Origin: Mobula hypostoma
Taxonomy: Eukaryota
DNA length: 64,000 nt
Assembly: GCF_963921235.1 (NCBI RefSeq)
Contig: NC_086097.1
Span: 116,438,001-116,502,000, forward strand
Reading direction: 5' to 3'
Below are positions 24,774 to 36,900 of the stretch, in pieces. How positions within the stretch are numbered: position 1 is the stretch's first letter; each line of letters starts with the position of its first letter. The translations under genes and the position numbers were made by a program. Under the pieces are notes generated by a model. It was not told the DNA's origin. It ran no database searches and saw nothing but the letters and a program-made list of their open reading frames with translations.

Positions 24774-26060
24774 ATAAATACTTGAACTAACTAAGTAGCG
24801 CAAAATAAAAAAGTAGTGAGATAGTGTTCATGGGTTCAATGCCCATTCAGAAATCAGATGGCAGAGGAGAAGAACGAAAAGAAGCTGTTCCTGAGTCATT
24901 GAGTGTGTACCTTCACGCTCCTATATCTCCTTCCTCATGGTTCAATGAGAAAAGGGAATGTCCTGGATGATGGGGGTTCTTAATGATGAATGCTGCCTTC
25001 TTGAGGCATCAGTCCTTGAAGATGTCCTGGATACTATGTAGGCTAGTGCCGATGATGGAGCTAACTATGTTTAGAATTCTCTGCAGCTTATTTTGATTTT
25101 GTGCAGTGCCCCCCCCCACCGCAACACCAGACAATGACATAGCCAGTTAGAATTCTCTCCATGGTACCTCTGTGGAAATTTGTGAATATCTTTGGTGACA
25201 TACCAAATCTCTTCAAACTCCTAATGAAATAGCCGCTGTTATGCCTCCTTTGAAGCTGTATCAATATGTTGGGCCCAGAATAGATCCTCTGAGAAATTGA
25301 CACCAAGGAAATTGAAATTGCTCTCTCTTTCCACTTCTGATCCCTTTATGAGCACTCGTGTGTGTTTCCTCCTCGTATCCTTCCTGAAGTCCACAATCAG
25401 TTCTTTGGTCTTACTGACGTTGACTGCAAGGTTGTTAATGCAACTCCACTCAACTAGCTGATATATCTCCCTCCTGTATGCCCTCTCATCACCATCTGGA
25501 ATTCTGCCGAGAATAGTTGTATCATCAGTAAAATTATAGATGGCTCTGTGCCTAGCCACACAGTCACGGGTATAGAGAGAATAGAGCAGTGGCTAAGCAC
25601 ACGTCCCCAAGGTGTGCCAGTGTTGATTGTCAATGAGGTGGAGATGCTATTTCCAATCTGCATAGATTGTGGTCTTTCGGTTTGGAAGCTGAGGATCCAG
25701 GTGCAGATGGGGTACAGATGTCCAGGTTTTGGAGCCTTTTGATCAGAACTGATGAATAATTGTGTTAAACGCTAAGCTGTAGTAAATAAGCCACCAAGCC
25801 ATCAGACTGCTTAATACATGCTGACATAACTGTATTTCTATGTTATATTGACTATCCTGTTGTACACAATATATAATATTTATTATAAATTACTATAATT
25901 GCACATTGCACATTTAGACAGAGGCACAACATAAATATTTTTACTCCTCATGTATATGAAGGATGTAAGCAATAAAGACAATTCAATTCAATAAACAGCA
26001 TTCTGACATAGGTATTTGTATTGTTTTGGTGATCTATGTCTATGTGAACAGCCAATGAGG
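24545..26060 (-). mobile_element. Rex1/Babar LINE fragment; a short + strand LINE 3' end is inserted at about 25790-25990
   Basis: AIYNFTDDTTILGRI...NNLAVNVSKTKELIVDFRK; YFIRSLKRFGMSPK. Confidence 0.88.
24660..24775. repeat. (TA)n/(TG)n compound microsatellite in a Rex1 3' UTR
   Basis: Direct reading. Confidence 0.9.
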
Positions 26061-26210
26061 AACCTTAGTCAAGCTCTGTTATTTTTTATAAATAGCTGCA
26101 AGAAAACTTTGATTTTTGTCAAGTCTGCAGTATCTTTTCATTTCTGTATTTAATGGGACAGGACTTTTCTCCCATCCACTTAATCCCTAAATTATAGCAT
26201 GGACATTCCC

Positions 26211-26477
26211 AAACCCAGCTGCAAAAGGAGGAGGATGCAGCATGAGGCTAGCTACCCCACCCTGTTAAAAATGCAGAGCTACAAAATCAACAACAGAAGC
26301 TCTGATGATCTCATTCCTGGGAGAGGAAGGATCTTCACCTTGAAGACGTATGACGTCATGTGGTGAAAGCAGAAGCCACAGGGCCAATCAACCTTTGGCC
26401 CAGGACAAAGGACTCTGGTCAGCTGCTTTTAGCAGCCTACGCCTCAGTAAAGGGGAGATGGGCCCATGAAGAAGAAC
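26211..26477 (+). mobile_element. RTE-related short non-autonomous retroposon
   Basis: GCTGCAAAAGGAGGAGG...CAGAAGCTCTGATGATCTCATTCCTGGGAGAGGAAGGATCT...GGCCCAG...GCCTACGCCTCAG...GAAGAAG matches the reverse complement of 8570-8813. Confidence 0.65.
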
Positions 26478-26731
26478 TTGATCACTGGAACATATAAGGA
26501 GGTCATGTAAATATTTTAACTGAAATACAGCAGGTTCTGCAGTGCAGCATTCCTTAAATGCTGCACTGGACGGTCAGTTATCATGATGGGCCAAGTTTTT
26601 ATTGGGCATTTCAACGTTAAAAGGTTCTATCTTAAACATCTTCTCAATCTATATATAGCATGTAATTTTTTAGATCTAGTAGTGGTAGGTCAGGAGTGAA
26701 AAATCAAACCCTTCCAAAACGTCCATCACAA

Positions 26732-27548
26732 ACTCAAAGTGGAAGTAAATTTATTATCAAAGTATGTATATGTAACCGTATACTGTCATAAGAGTCATTT
26801 TCTTGCAGGCATTTAGAGAAAATCAAGAAATACAGTAGAATTAATGAAAAACTATGCATAAATACAAAACAAAGACTGACAGGTAAAAGTATTCAGATGG
26901 GGAGCCGTCACAAGAAAGCAGTATCCATCAACAAAGAATCTACCAACCAGGCCATGCCCTCTTCCCACTGCTACCATCAGATAGGAGGTACTTAGGTCCC
27001 ACACCACCAGGTTCAGGAACACTTATTACCCTTCAACCATCAGGCTCCCGATCCAATGTGGATAACTTATTTTTATATAAATCATATGTCACAGTAGCGT
27101 AGTGGTTAGCACAACAATTTACAGTCCAGGCGACCAGGGTTCAATTTCCGCTGCCTCCTGTAAGGAGTTGTACATTGTATCCTTGTGCCTGCATGGGTTT
27201 CCTCTGGGTGCTCCAGTTTCCTCCCACAGCAGTACTGGTTGGTAGGTCAACTGGTCGTTGTAAATTGTCCTGTGATTTGGCTGGGAGTTAATTGGGGAAT
27301 TTCTGGTTGGCATGGCTCAAAGGGCCAGAAAGGCATATTCCATGTGGTACCTTAATAAAAATGTTTTTAAAACATTTCTATTTGCACAGGTTATCTTCTT
27401 TTGTTTGTCCGTTTTTATGTATTGCTTTTCATAAATTCTCTTAAATTTCTTTTTGTTTCAATGCCTGCAAGGAAAAGAATCTTAAGATAGTATTTGGTAA
27501 CATGTACATACTCTGATAATAAACTTATTTTGAACTTTGAACTTTGAA
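26732..27548. mobile_element. Two Rex1 3' ends in opposite orientation (26732-26880 minus; 26895-27548 plus, split by a V-SINE)
   Basis: AAGTAAATTTATTATCAAAG versus GATAATAAACTTATTTTGAACTTTGA; HTTRFRNTYYPSTIR. Confidence 0.75.
27086..27360 (+). mobile_element. V-SINE (HE1-like, CR1-type tail)
   Basis: A box TAGCGTAGTGG, B box GGTTCAATTTC, V-domain GGGTTTCCTCTGGGTGCTCCAGTTTCCTCCCACAG, tail AAGGGCCAGAAAGGC. Confidence 0.85.
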
Positions 27549-27804
27549 GTGGGTGGCAATTAAACTCTTCATTGAATTTGGCAGTCTCTGATTTAACCTG
27601 ATTTTCTTTTATTAACCCTAGACTATGGGGTTTACCAGACTTTGGGAGCCGTAACAGCTAAAGAGTGATCAGGAGCACTTTTAGGAGTTATCAGTTCCTC
27701 CAGCCCCCAATGCATGTTTCCCATATACCCCAACCCTCTTGACGTCATGGTTTGATTTTCAAGAAGCAATTTTAAACATTATCTTTCATTCCCGATGGTT
27801 ATAA

Positions 27805-28170
27805 TACCATAAGAATATAAGACATAGGAGCAGAATTAGGCCATTTGACCCTATCTAGTCTGCTCCGCCATTCAATCATGGCTGATCCATTTCCCTCTCA
27901 ACCCCATCCTTCTGCCTACATGCCCTGTCTTATCAACAATCTATCAACCTCCACCTTAAATATACCCAGTGACCTGACCTCCATTGCCTCCAATGGCAAC
28001 GAATTCTACAGATTCATTACTCTCTGGTTCAAGGATTTTTCCTCATCTCCATTTTAAATGAAGTCCCTCTATTCCGAAGTTGTGCCTTCCAATCTTAGAC
28101 TCCCCCACTATAAGAAACACCCTCTCCACATCCACTCTGTCTCGACCTTTCAACATTGGATAGATTTCTA
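27805..28170 (-). mobile_element. CR1 3' fragment
   Basis: EIYPMLKGRDRVDVERVFLIVGESK; ATAAGA-type tail. Confidence 0.85.
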
Positions 28171-28624
28171 TGTGTTGGACCTCCAGAAAACTGCAAGAAC
28201 CCCTTGGAAGTGAGAGGAGTTTTACCTGCATATGCAGCCTGCTCTTGAATTCTCTTTGTCTGACAGGAAGGTAAGCCTGGCAAGTTAGCTGGTTTCCCAG
28301 TGGGCAACCTGTCAGAGCAAAGCCATAAACCGCATTAATCTTATAGCTTTCCAGCAGTGTCTCTATCCCAGTGCCTATGAACCCCATTCTTGTTAAAATG
28401 CAACACAATATCTTCATCCTTGAATGGAACATAAGTTGAAGGCTTCTCTTTAAAGGCATAGTCACCACTAAGTTCCTGCAATGTCATAATCTTGAAGATC
28501 TGCTTCAATGGGACAAGGCACTTGCACCAGCCACTGACAAGATCGATATGGCTACTTTTGTTGGAATGATCCTTTGCATTAAAAACTAATAGCTAATAAA
28601 AAAGAGACTGCACATTTTATCACA

Positions 28625-28780
28625 TTTTCTGGTTTCTTCCCCCTTACTTTCCAGTCTTGCGGAGGGGTCTCGGACCAAATCATCAACTGTTTCTTCCTCT
28701 TCAGAGATGCTGCCTGACCTGCTGAGTACTTTGTGTGTGTTAATCTTGATTTCAAGCATCTGCTGAATCTCTTGTGTTCC
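28625..28780 (+). mobile_element. PLE terminal repeat, degenerate
   Basis: CCAGTCTTGCGGAGGGGTCTCGGACCAAATCATCAACTG...GATGCTGCCTGACCTGCTGAG. Confidence 0.7.
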
Positions 28781-28829
28781 ACATTTAATCCATTAAAAAT
28801 TATATTATCTCGGCTCCTGAATAAAGAGT

Positions 28830-29545
28830 TTTTTTTTCCTGCAGGCCAACCTCCAGAACACCAAATAACATCAAAAGATTTAAGCATTCTGCAAGTTCCT
28901 TAGGATTGGAAAATGGATGTGGACTTGGAAAAAAAGCTTGTGTTTCCCCCATACATTGCAGTTACAACACTCCGGCCAGACATGGTCCTGTGGTCCACAA
29001 CAGCCAAGCTGGCATATGTTGTGGAATTGACAGTACCATGGGAAGATGGTGTCGAAGAAGCTTATAAGAGGAAAAAGACCAAGTACTCTGAACTGGCAAC
29101 TGAAGCTGCCCAGAATGGCTGTAAGACCAGGATTTTTCCTGTAGAAGTGGGATGCAGGGGATTCGTTGCTACATCTACGACCAGTCTATTGAAGAAGATG
29201 GGGGTAAGGGGTCACTCCCTGCCACAAGCAATCAAGTCCTTGTCAAATGCAGCAAAGAAAGCAGCAATTGGATTTGGATTTAAAGGAAAGACAGCAACTG
29301 GGCTGCAAGATGAAGACAGGAGGGTATGGAACTGAGGGGGTGTATCTGGGACACCAGGTAGCACCATTGAGCCCTCTGGAGACGTCATGGGCTTATCAAC
29401 GAAATGTCAAAGAAGGAGGGTGCCCACCTGATGACCCCGATGACGTACCTACCCTCCCTCCTTGTCGCCACTCCAAACCCACTGCCAACATCGAGAATGC
29501 CAACTTACTATAGGGATTGAAACATCAAGTTCTAGTAGCTCTACT
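28830..29545 (+). mobile_element. HERO-type non-LTR retrotransposon 3' end (restriction-like endonuclease)
   Basis: ORF 28913..29335 TTLRPDMVLWS...VVELTVPWE...KKTKYSEL...PVEVGCRGF; upstream in-frame FPAGQ...*DWKMDVDL. Confidence 0.85.
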
Positions 29546-29708
29546 ACCACGATTAATTATAATTTTTGATATCAGCATACATGGGAACTAATATCCCTCC
29601 TAACCTTCTCACAGTCTTAGCAGTCTTAGCATTGGTTTAATTCTAATGTTGTCAGTAATGCAACTGAACTTTCTCTGCCATCCATCAAATTGGTAAATAT
29701 GAAATAAA

Positions 29709-29915
29709 GACCACAAAATATACTGGAAATGCTCAGTGCCTCAGTCTGCACCTGTGGGAAAGGGGAAAGAGTCGATGTTTCAAGTCAAACACCCTTTATA
29801 TGATCCAAAACATGAACTTTATTTCTCTTTTCATGGACGCCACTCATTGGACTGTCTACATCCAACATCTGCTGTTCTTTTGCTTGTTTCAGATTTCTTG
29901 CATCCACAGGTTTTT
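29709..29915. repeat. Old fold-back element built from inverted PLE terminal repeats
   Basis: CACAAAATATACTGGAAATGCTCAG...GTCGATGTTTC followed by an inverted degenerate arm. Confidence 0.5.
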
Positions 29916-30334
29916 AGGGGATTTTCACATTAACAAATGCTTGCCTCAGATCACATAAATCCATCACATTTCAAATCTAATTCCAGGCACAAAATGAAAA
30001 AAAAGAGACATTCCAAACTGAAATTCAGAAGCAATTTATAAACCTTAAATGACATGAGAAATTTACAAGCATTTTCAGTTACCACAAGGTAGAATCAAGC
30101 AAAGGATTTAAACATATTAAACTGCACTGCTAATTCATAGTACAGTGATAGTTCCTTCCTCAGATTATCCTTGGTTTTGTATTTTAAACCTACCTTTTGG
30201 GAAAATAAGATAAATGTATTTGCTTAATGGCTTATATAAATTAAGGCGAAAGCTTTATATGACTGAACAGCTATTTGGGGAGGATTGTACCAAAATTGTC
30301 AATAAAACCTACAGGACCCTCAGAAATGGGTTGG

Positions 30335-30618
30335 TGGTGGTGTAGTGGTTAGCACAACACTTTATGGTACAGGTTAACCAGGTTCGTTTACCACTGCTGC
30401 CTGAAAGGAGTTTGTACGTTCTCCCTATAACCGTGTGGTTTTCCTCCAGGTGCTCTGGTTTCCTCCTACAGTCAAAAGACATACCAATTGGTAGGTTAAT
30501 TGGTCATTTTAAATTGTCCTGTGATTAGGCTAGGATTAAGTTGGGGGATTGTTGGGCAGTGTGGCTCAAAGGGCTGGAAGGGCCTATTCCCACTGTATCT
30601 CAATAAATAGGAATAAAG
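30335..30618 (+). mobile_element. V-SINE (HE1-like, CR1-type tail)
   Basis: TGGTGTAGTGG A box; GGAGTTTGTACGTTCTCCC...CTCTGGTTTCCTCCTACAGTCAAAAGAC; tail AAGGGCTGGAAGGGCCTATTCC. Confidence 0.88.
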
Positions 30619-30626
30619 TAACCGCA

Positions 30627-30734
30627 AAACATGCTGCTCGTACTCATTTACAAACTATTAGAAACATGCTGCTCGTACTCATTTACAAACTATTAGAAAT
30701 ATGATGCTCGTACTCATTTACAAACTATTAGAAA
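30627..30734. repeat. 35-bp tandem repeat, 3 copies
   Basis: AAACATGCTGCTCGTACTCATTTACAAACTATTAG x3, two mismatches in the third copy. Confidence 0.95.
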
Positions 30735-30759
30735 GGCGAGAAGGATCCATTTGTTTAAA

Positions 30760-31130
30760 TACTATGGACTTTTTAAAAATTGGGCCATCGGTTAATCAGG
30801 GCAGCTGTTTATTTGGGACAACTCCTACAGTACAAGAACTAAATTGAGAAAATAGGCAGGATTCCCTTCGCTGATTTGGGGCACTATGCCACTTAAATGG
30901 GGCAGGAAACCGTTGTTGAACAGTTTCTAATTAACATCAGTCGCATGCATCTGTGTGGCCATTACACACTACATTGTGCTTAGCGTGATTAGTTTTTAAA
31001 TAGTCTCAGTTGTGTGTGTTTGTGTTCAAAAAGCAGTGAACTGTATCACTGACAGCTGGCGAGGAATAAGCACCAAGACAATTCAGAACTGTTTTGCTCA
31101 CCTCGGTTTCAAGCATTCAGGCTTGGAGAC
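30760..31130 (+). mobile_element. Tigger/pogo-derived non-autonomous DNA transposon fragment
   Basis: AVNCITDSWRGISTKTIQNCFAHLGF matches the pogo transposase C-terminal W...TIxNCFxxxGF motif. Confidence 0.75.
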
Positions 31131-31602
31131 CCCTTCTCCTGTCTCCAGCCCTCTTCCTCTTCTTAGACACCCCGCTGCAGACTCTGCCTTATCTGGATCA
31201 TTTCATCTCGAATTGCCAATGAGACAGCAACTGTGTCAACTTCAGCACTCCTCCCTCCTCCTCGAACCCTACTCCCTCTGAATGCTCTGCCTTCCACTCT
31301 CTCCGCACCAATCCCAACTTTACCACCAAAGCCTCAGACGAAAGAGGTGCTGTTGTATTGTGGCAAACTGACCTCTGCCTTGCTGAGGCCAGACACCTCC
31401 TCATACCTAACTCTTGAAGAGGACCCAATTCTGGGCCATCAGAAAACCATTTCCAACATCATCACTGACTTTATCAAACCATTTCCAACATCATCACTGA
31501 CTTTATCAACTCTGGAAAACTCCCTTCCACTGCCACTAAACTCGTAATTTCCTTACCCACACTGCTCGCTTCTACCTCCTAACCAAGATCCACCGGTACC
31601 CA

Positions 31603-32146
31603 CAGGTTGCCAACTTTCTCTCTCCCAAATAAGGGACAAAATTAGCAGTCAAATACGGGACACTTGTGTTTACTCCAAGAAAGACTATCATGACCATGAA
31701 GCCTTGCGCAGGCACCTGTGTGCACATGCATGACGTGCGCATACATGGCGTGCGCACGTGTGTACGTGCCGATTTTTTCTACAAATTGGTTTTGGCGATT
31801 CTGTTCAGTGAAACTACACTGTACATACATTATTTCTACTTTATATAGGCTGTGTATTTATCATATCATTCCTGCTTTTACTATATGTTAGTGTTATTTT
31901 AGGCTTTATGTGTTATTTGGTATGATTTGGTAGGTTATTTTTTGGGTCTGGGAACGCTCAAAAATTTTTCCCATATAAATTAATGGTAATTGCTTCTTCA
32001 CTTTACGCCATTTTGGCACGAAAGTTTCATAGGAACGCTCTACCTTAGCAGGGGAAATACGGGACAAAGGCGGTCCTATATGGGACAAACCAATTTAGCC
32101 CAATATACGGGATGTCCCGGCTAATACGGAACAGTCGGCAACCCTG
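31603..32146. mobile_element. hAT-type MITE
   Basis: TIRs CAGGTTGCCAACT / AGTCGGCAACCCTG; repeated subterminal ATACGGGA; flanks share CCACAG. Confidence 0.8.
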
Positions 32147-32404
32147 TCCACAGCCTGACTGTTTGGATAGGCCTATTGTCCCCTGCACCACTGAACTCAT
32201 GTCCTCATACCTCAACTCCATTCTATCCCCCTTGGCTTCAGTCCCTTCCTACCTATATCTGTGGCACTTCCCACGCTCTTGCTCTCCTCAGATTCCTTCC
32301 ACTCTAGCCCTTTATCTCTCCTGCCACCTGACTTCACTAATCACCTTCCAATTGTCCTCCTTCCTCTCCCCTCACCTTTTTATTCTGATATTTTCTTTCG
32401 ATTC

Positions 32405-32441
32405 CAGTCCTGAAGAAGGTCTCAGCCAGAAACGTTGACCG
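32405..32441 (+). ncRNA. Minimal hammerhead ribozyme motif, core intact
   Basis: CAGTC CTGAAGA AGGTCTCAGCCA GAAA C GTT GACCG. Confidence 0.6.
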
Positions 32442-32559
32442 TTTATTCACTTCCATAAATCCTTCCGACCTGCCGAGTTCCTCCAGCATTTTGTGTGTGT
32501 AGCTCTGAATACACTCAGCAGGCCTGGTAGTATCTGTGGAAAAAGAAACAGAACAATCA

Positions 32560-33110
32560 GGCAAAAAGCACAGAATATAAAAAACTGTAAGACTGAATAA
32601 AATCTATAGTCCAAGTCCATATCTAAAATGCAGTAAACCTGGGTAGCATTCTCCAGGTACAGTGGCAGGCCTTCCCCTTTGCGATCCGACCAGCGATCAA
32701 AAGGCAGTCTCCTCTTTCTGACACCAGAGTGATCTCACCAGCGATCAAAAGGCAGGCAGCCAGTGCACACCTTCCGCATTCGCCTATATGTTTCAATCTC
32801 CCTCGTCACATTATCCGGCGAACAATGGAAGCTTTAATCTGCAAAATGGAGTCAAACATCAGCTCGCGCCCTGCAACCATCACACTGCCTTCGCGCCACA
32901 ATGTTCGTGCATGATGACTCTGCCTCCCGGACTCAGAGTGCTGAAAATCTCAGCTGATCTCCAAACTGCAAATTACAGGCTCCAACAGTTCCAGAATCAC
33001 ATTCAAGATGAAAAACAAACGTAAAAGACATAAAAGAAGTGAAATATATAGTTTCATGATCTATCTAAAAGATGTTGACTGAAGGAGTATTATACGCAGG
33101 TGCCATCTTG
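32560..33110 (-). repeat. Unclassified retroposon 5' region
   Basis: Minus strand begins CAAGATGGCACC; internal direct repeat ACCAGCGATCAAAAGGCAG x2. Confidence 0.4.
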
Positions 33111-33997
33111 ACCTCCTGCACCTCTGTGTACATGCAACCACTCCATTTACAGTATAAACGCTAATCTCATGTATGTTATTTTCAGCTACACTGAATAGTT
33201 ACTTCTCCATTGTGGTTTATAGGATTGCTTTTATACTTATATTTGTGTTTTTTTCTGCTTATGGTGTAATTTTTTATGTTGCATCAGATTTGAAGTAACA
33301 ATCGTTACATTCTCCTTTACACTCAAGTAGTGGTTGAGTGCAAATGATACTAAACCTTCTTGAATCATGAACTCATTAAGTTCTCAACAAAGTTTTTCAG
33401 TGCCATTCAGTATTCTTCAAACACTCAATCAAGAGAGTAAAGCATCCTACAAAAATACTGTTCGCTAGTGTAAAATTGAAACTGTTTAATATTAAGTGAA
33501 AATAATACAATTTCAGGCTAATTCATGTGAAATTTTGTAAGTAGATGTTTTGATCTCCCTCTATTACATAAGTGAATCTCAATGACAAAACAGCTGATAA
33601 ATCACATATCTACATGTTTTATGTCAGTTCCGTCAGCGTGATATTTAGACCAGTCAATGAAGACATGTGTGTTGCACTCGGAAGAAATGGTCTAGCAACA
33701 TGATCTCATGACTATAGGAAATGATGACAGCTATCTGACTGAGAGAACATGCAGGCATACGGACACTTGATTGGTGATACTGCAGGTGAGTTGTCCTGGT
33801 TGCAACATGCAAACACAACCAAAGAAAGGCATGCCAATGTCTTTACTTCCATGGAAGGTTATGGAGTTTCGTCATGTTATGGACCCCTCTAACAAACTTT
33901 TACAGATGTAGACGTAGGGTCATATCCTCATACAGCATGACAGACAGAAACAGGCCTATCAGCCCAGCTACTCTGTGCCAAGCAGTTATTCAACGTA

Positions 33998-36900
33998 GTT
34001 CCTGTATTGCCGAATTTAAATGAATATAAGTTGATTATGAGCAGTGACTTTAACTGTTGTCTTAACCCGTTGATTGACAGATCGTCCACCAATCCGTCAC
34101 TTCCTAATAAAGCTGCAACTTGTATTATTTCTTTTATATTAGAATACAGTTTGGTCAACATTTGGAGATTTAAATTTCCTAAAGAAAAAGATCTTCCTTT
34201 TTTTTTCACATGTATATCATAAATATTCAAGAATTGATTATTTTTTCTTGGATACGCAATTGGTGCCCTCTGTTGTTGAACGCGCCTATGACGTGATTGC
34301 GTTGTCAGATCATGCACCTATGAAACTGAATTTTCTGATAATATTTACAGAACCTCAGTGGAGATTTAATATTTCATTGTTGCAAGATTCAACTTTCATA
34401 AATTTTATTAAAGAACAAATTTCTCTATTTTTTGAATTGAATATAACTGAGGGAATGTCAAATTTGGTTATTTGGGATATGATGAAATCTTTTCTTAGGG
34501 GACAGATAATTTCATATTCAGTAGGTTCAAGAAGGAAAACTAAGGTGGAACTTTTGCTGATTACTAATAGGATTAAAGAAATAGATAAACTCTATTCAGT
34601 AATGCCTAGTGAAGATCTCTTTAAGGAAAGGGTGGAACTCCAAGCACAACATAATTTGTTCTTGACTTTTCCAATTGAACAGCAACTTTTTAAATCCAAA
34701 AGCCAATTTTATATACATGGAGACAAGTCAGGCAAATTATTAGCTGGTCAGTTAAAAGCAAATATGGCTAGAAGACAGATCCTGAAAATAAGAAGACCAG
34801 ATAGAACTACAGCAGTAGATCCTTATGAAATTAACAAGACATTTATGGATTTCTACGCTAATTTTTATGAGTCTGAATTTTCAGATAATATTACTTTTAT
34901 GAATAGTTTTTTTGTAAAAAGTGAATATGCCTAAAATTTCTATTCAAGATATGAATACATTAAATGCACCTATTAAACAAGAAGAAATAGCAAGGTCTAT
35001 ATCCTCTCTTCAATCAGCTGAAACTCCGGGACTAGACGGATTATACAGTGGAATTTTGTAAGACTTTTACTGACATACTTATACCTTATTTATGTCAAAT
35101 TTTCACTGACTCTATATCCTCTGGGACTCTCCGGAAAACTTTTTATGAAGCTTCAGTACCTTTAGTTCCGAAAAAAGATAAAGATTTATCTGAATGCACC
35201 TCTTATAGACCAATTTCACTATTGAATGTGGATTTTAAAATTCTCTCTAAGATTTTGGCTAATAGACTTGGGAATATCTTACCTATTGTTATTTCCTATC
35301 ACCAAACTGGATTTATTAAAAATAGATATTCACATTTTAATATTCAAAGATTATTAGATATTATTCACTCTTCTCCATCTAAAGAATCTGAATGTGTTGT
35401 TTCTCTTGATGCAGAGAAAGCTTTTGATATGGTGGAGTGGTCTTACTTATTTGAGGTTTTGGAAAGATTTAATCTTGGCCTGGGATTTATTTCCTGGATC
35501 AAATTGATCTATCATGCTCTCATGGCTGCTGTTGTAACTAATAATCAAAAATCTCCCTATTTTAGATTACATAGGGGTACTCGACAGGGATGCCCTGTTA
35601 AGCCCATTATTATTTAACTTGGCCTTTGCTATTACTCTTAGAGATTCTAACACTGTTCAGGGTATTAAGAGAGGGGGCAAAGTACACAAGGTTTTGTTAC
35701 ATGCAGATGACCTGTTAGTTTATATTTTCAGATCCTAGGAAATCTATTCCTTCTATGTTATCTATATTTTCTGAATTTAGTAGTATTTCTGGCTATAAAT
35801 TAGATTTACATAAAAGTGAGTTATTTCCTATCAATAATTACTCAGATCCAAATCAGCAATTATATTGTAGTATTGCTAAAAATTACTTTACCTATCTTGG
35901 TATTAAAATTACTAAAAATTTTAAGGATCTTTTTCCATTAATCGGCTACACCAAACAAATGCTTTCTAAATGGTCACCTATGACATGATCATTAATAGGC
36001 CGGATTAATGCTATTAAAATGATAGCTTTACTGAAATTTTTATATATACATTTCAGGCAGTTCCCTCTTTTGTTCCTAAAAAGCTCTTTGACAGAATAGA
36101 TTCTATAATTTCATCCTATATTTGGAACAATAAAAATCCTAGATTGAGTAAACCCTTGTTGCAGAAATTGAAAAAAGATGGTGGTATGGTTTTGCCTAAC
36201 TTTAGAATGTACTATTGGGCAATTAATATTTGAAATATTACTTTTTGGATTCACTATTCAGATACACATGAATGTCCTTTATGGTTGGATCTTGAGGTAA
36301 ACTCGGTGAAAGGTTTCTCTTTGGCCTCTTTACTGGGAGTTCTTCTTCCCTTTTTGTTTTCTAAGATTTGCAGACAAGAATTTAATCCCGTTATTAGACA
36401 TACATAAAGCAGATTATTTGAGTTTAATAATTTTATTCTTTCTAGTAATATCTATCTCAATTATTTTTTTAAATAATCAATTTTGGATAAGGCCTTTTTA
36501 ATTTGAAAAAACAAGGGGATAATAACTTTTTCAGATTTGTTTTTAGGGGACTGTTTAATGTCTTTTTTTCAGTTAGCAGATAAATATGATTTATCTAATA
36601 TACACTTCTTTAGATATTTGCCAATTAGGAACTTTTTACGTGGTTTGTTACCAAATTACCCTTCTGCTTATCCACCTAATATGATAGATGTTCTCTTTTA
36701 GTTTAAACCATTTCAAAAAGGGTTGATAGCTATAACTTATAAACGGTTATTGAGATGACGAAAGATATCTAATGATAAAATTAAACGCGCTTGGGAATCA
36801 GAACTTCAAGAGTCATTTTCAGACAATCAATGAAGTAAAATTTTTCATTCGGTTAATAACTCATCTATTTGTGCTCATCATTCCTTGATACAGTTCAAGA

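Larger units (their letters stand above)
31131..32510 (+). mobile_element. Penelope-like element: RT N-terminal fragment, internal deletion, terminal repeat; interrupted by a hAT MITE
   Basis: AFHSLRTNPNFTTKASDERGAVVLWQTDL (cf. IKPADKGGAVV), TARFYLLTKIH, then MITE, then PDCLDRPIV...YLNSILSPL; 32-bp tandem duplication at 31444-31507. Confidence 0.88.

Noticed and set aside
28829..28900. Plus-strand acceptor TTTTTTTTCCTGCAG
   Set aside because: It reads in frame as the HERO ORF (FPAGQ...DW), so the TE explains it.
30627..30734. CRISPR-like 35-bp repeats
   Set aside because: Units are contiguous with no spacers, there are no cas genes, and the context is eukaryotic.
33628..33791. Exon ending at CAG|GTGAGT
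   Set aside because: All frames from the upstream acceptors contain stops; a non-coding exon cannot be supported from sequence alone.
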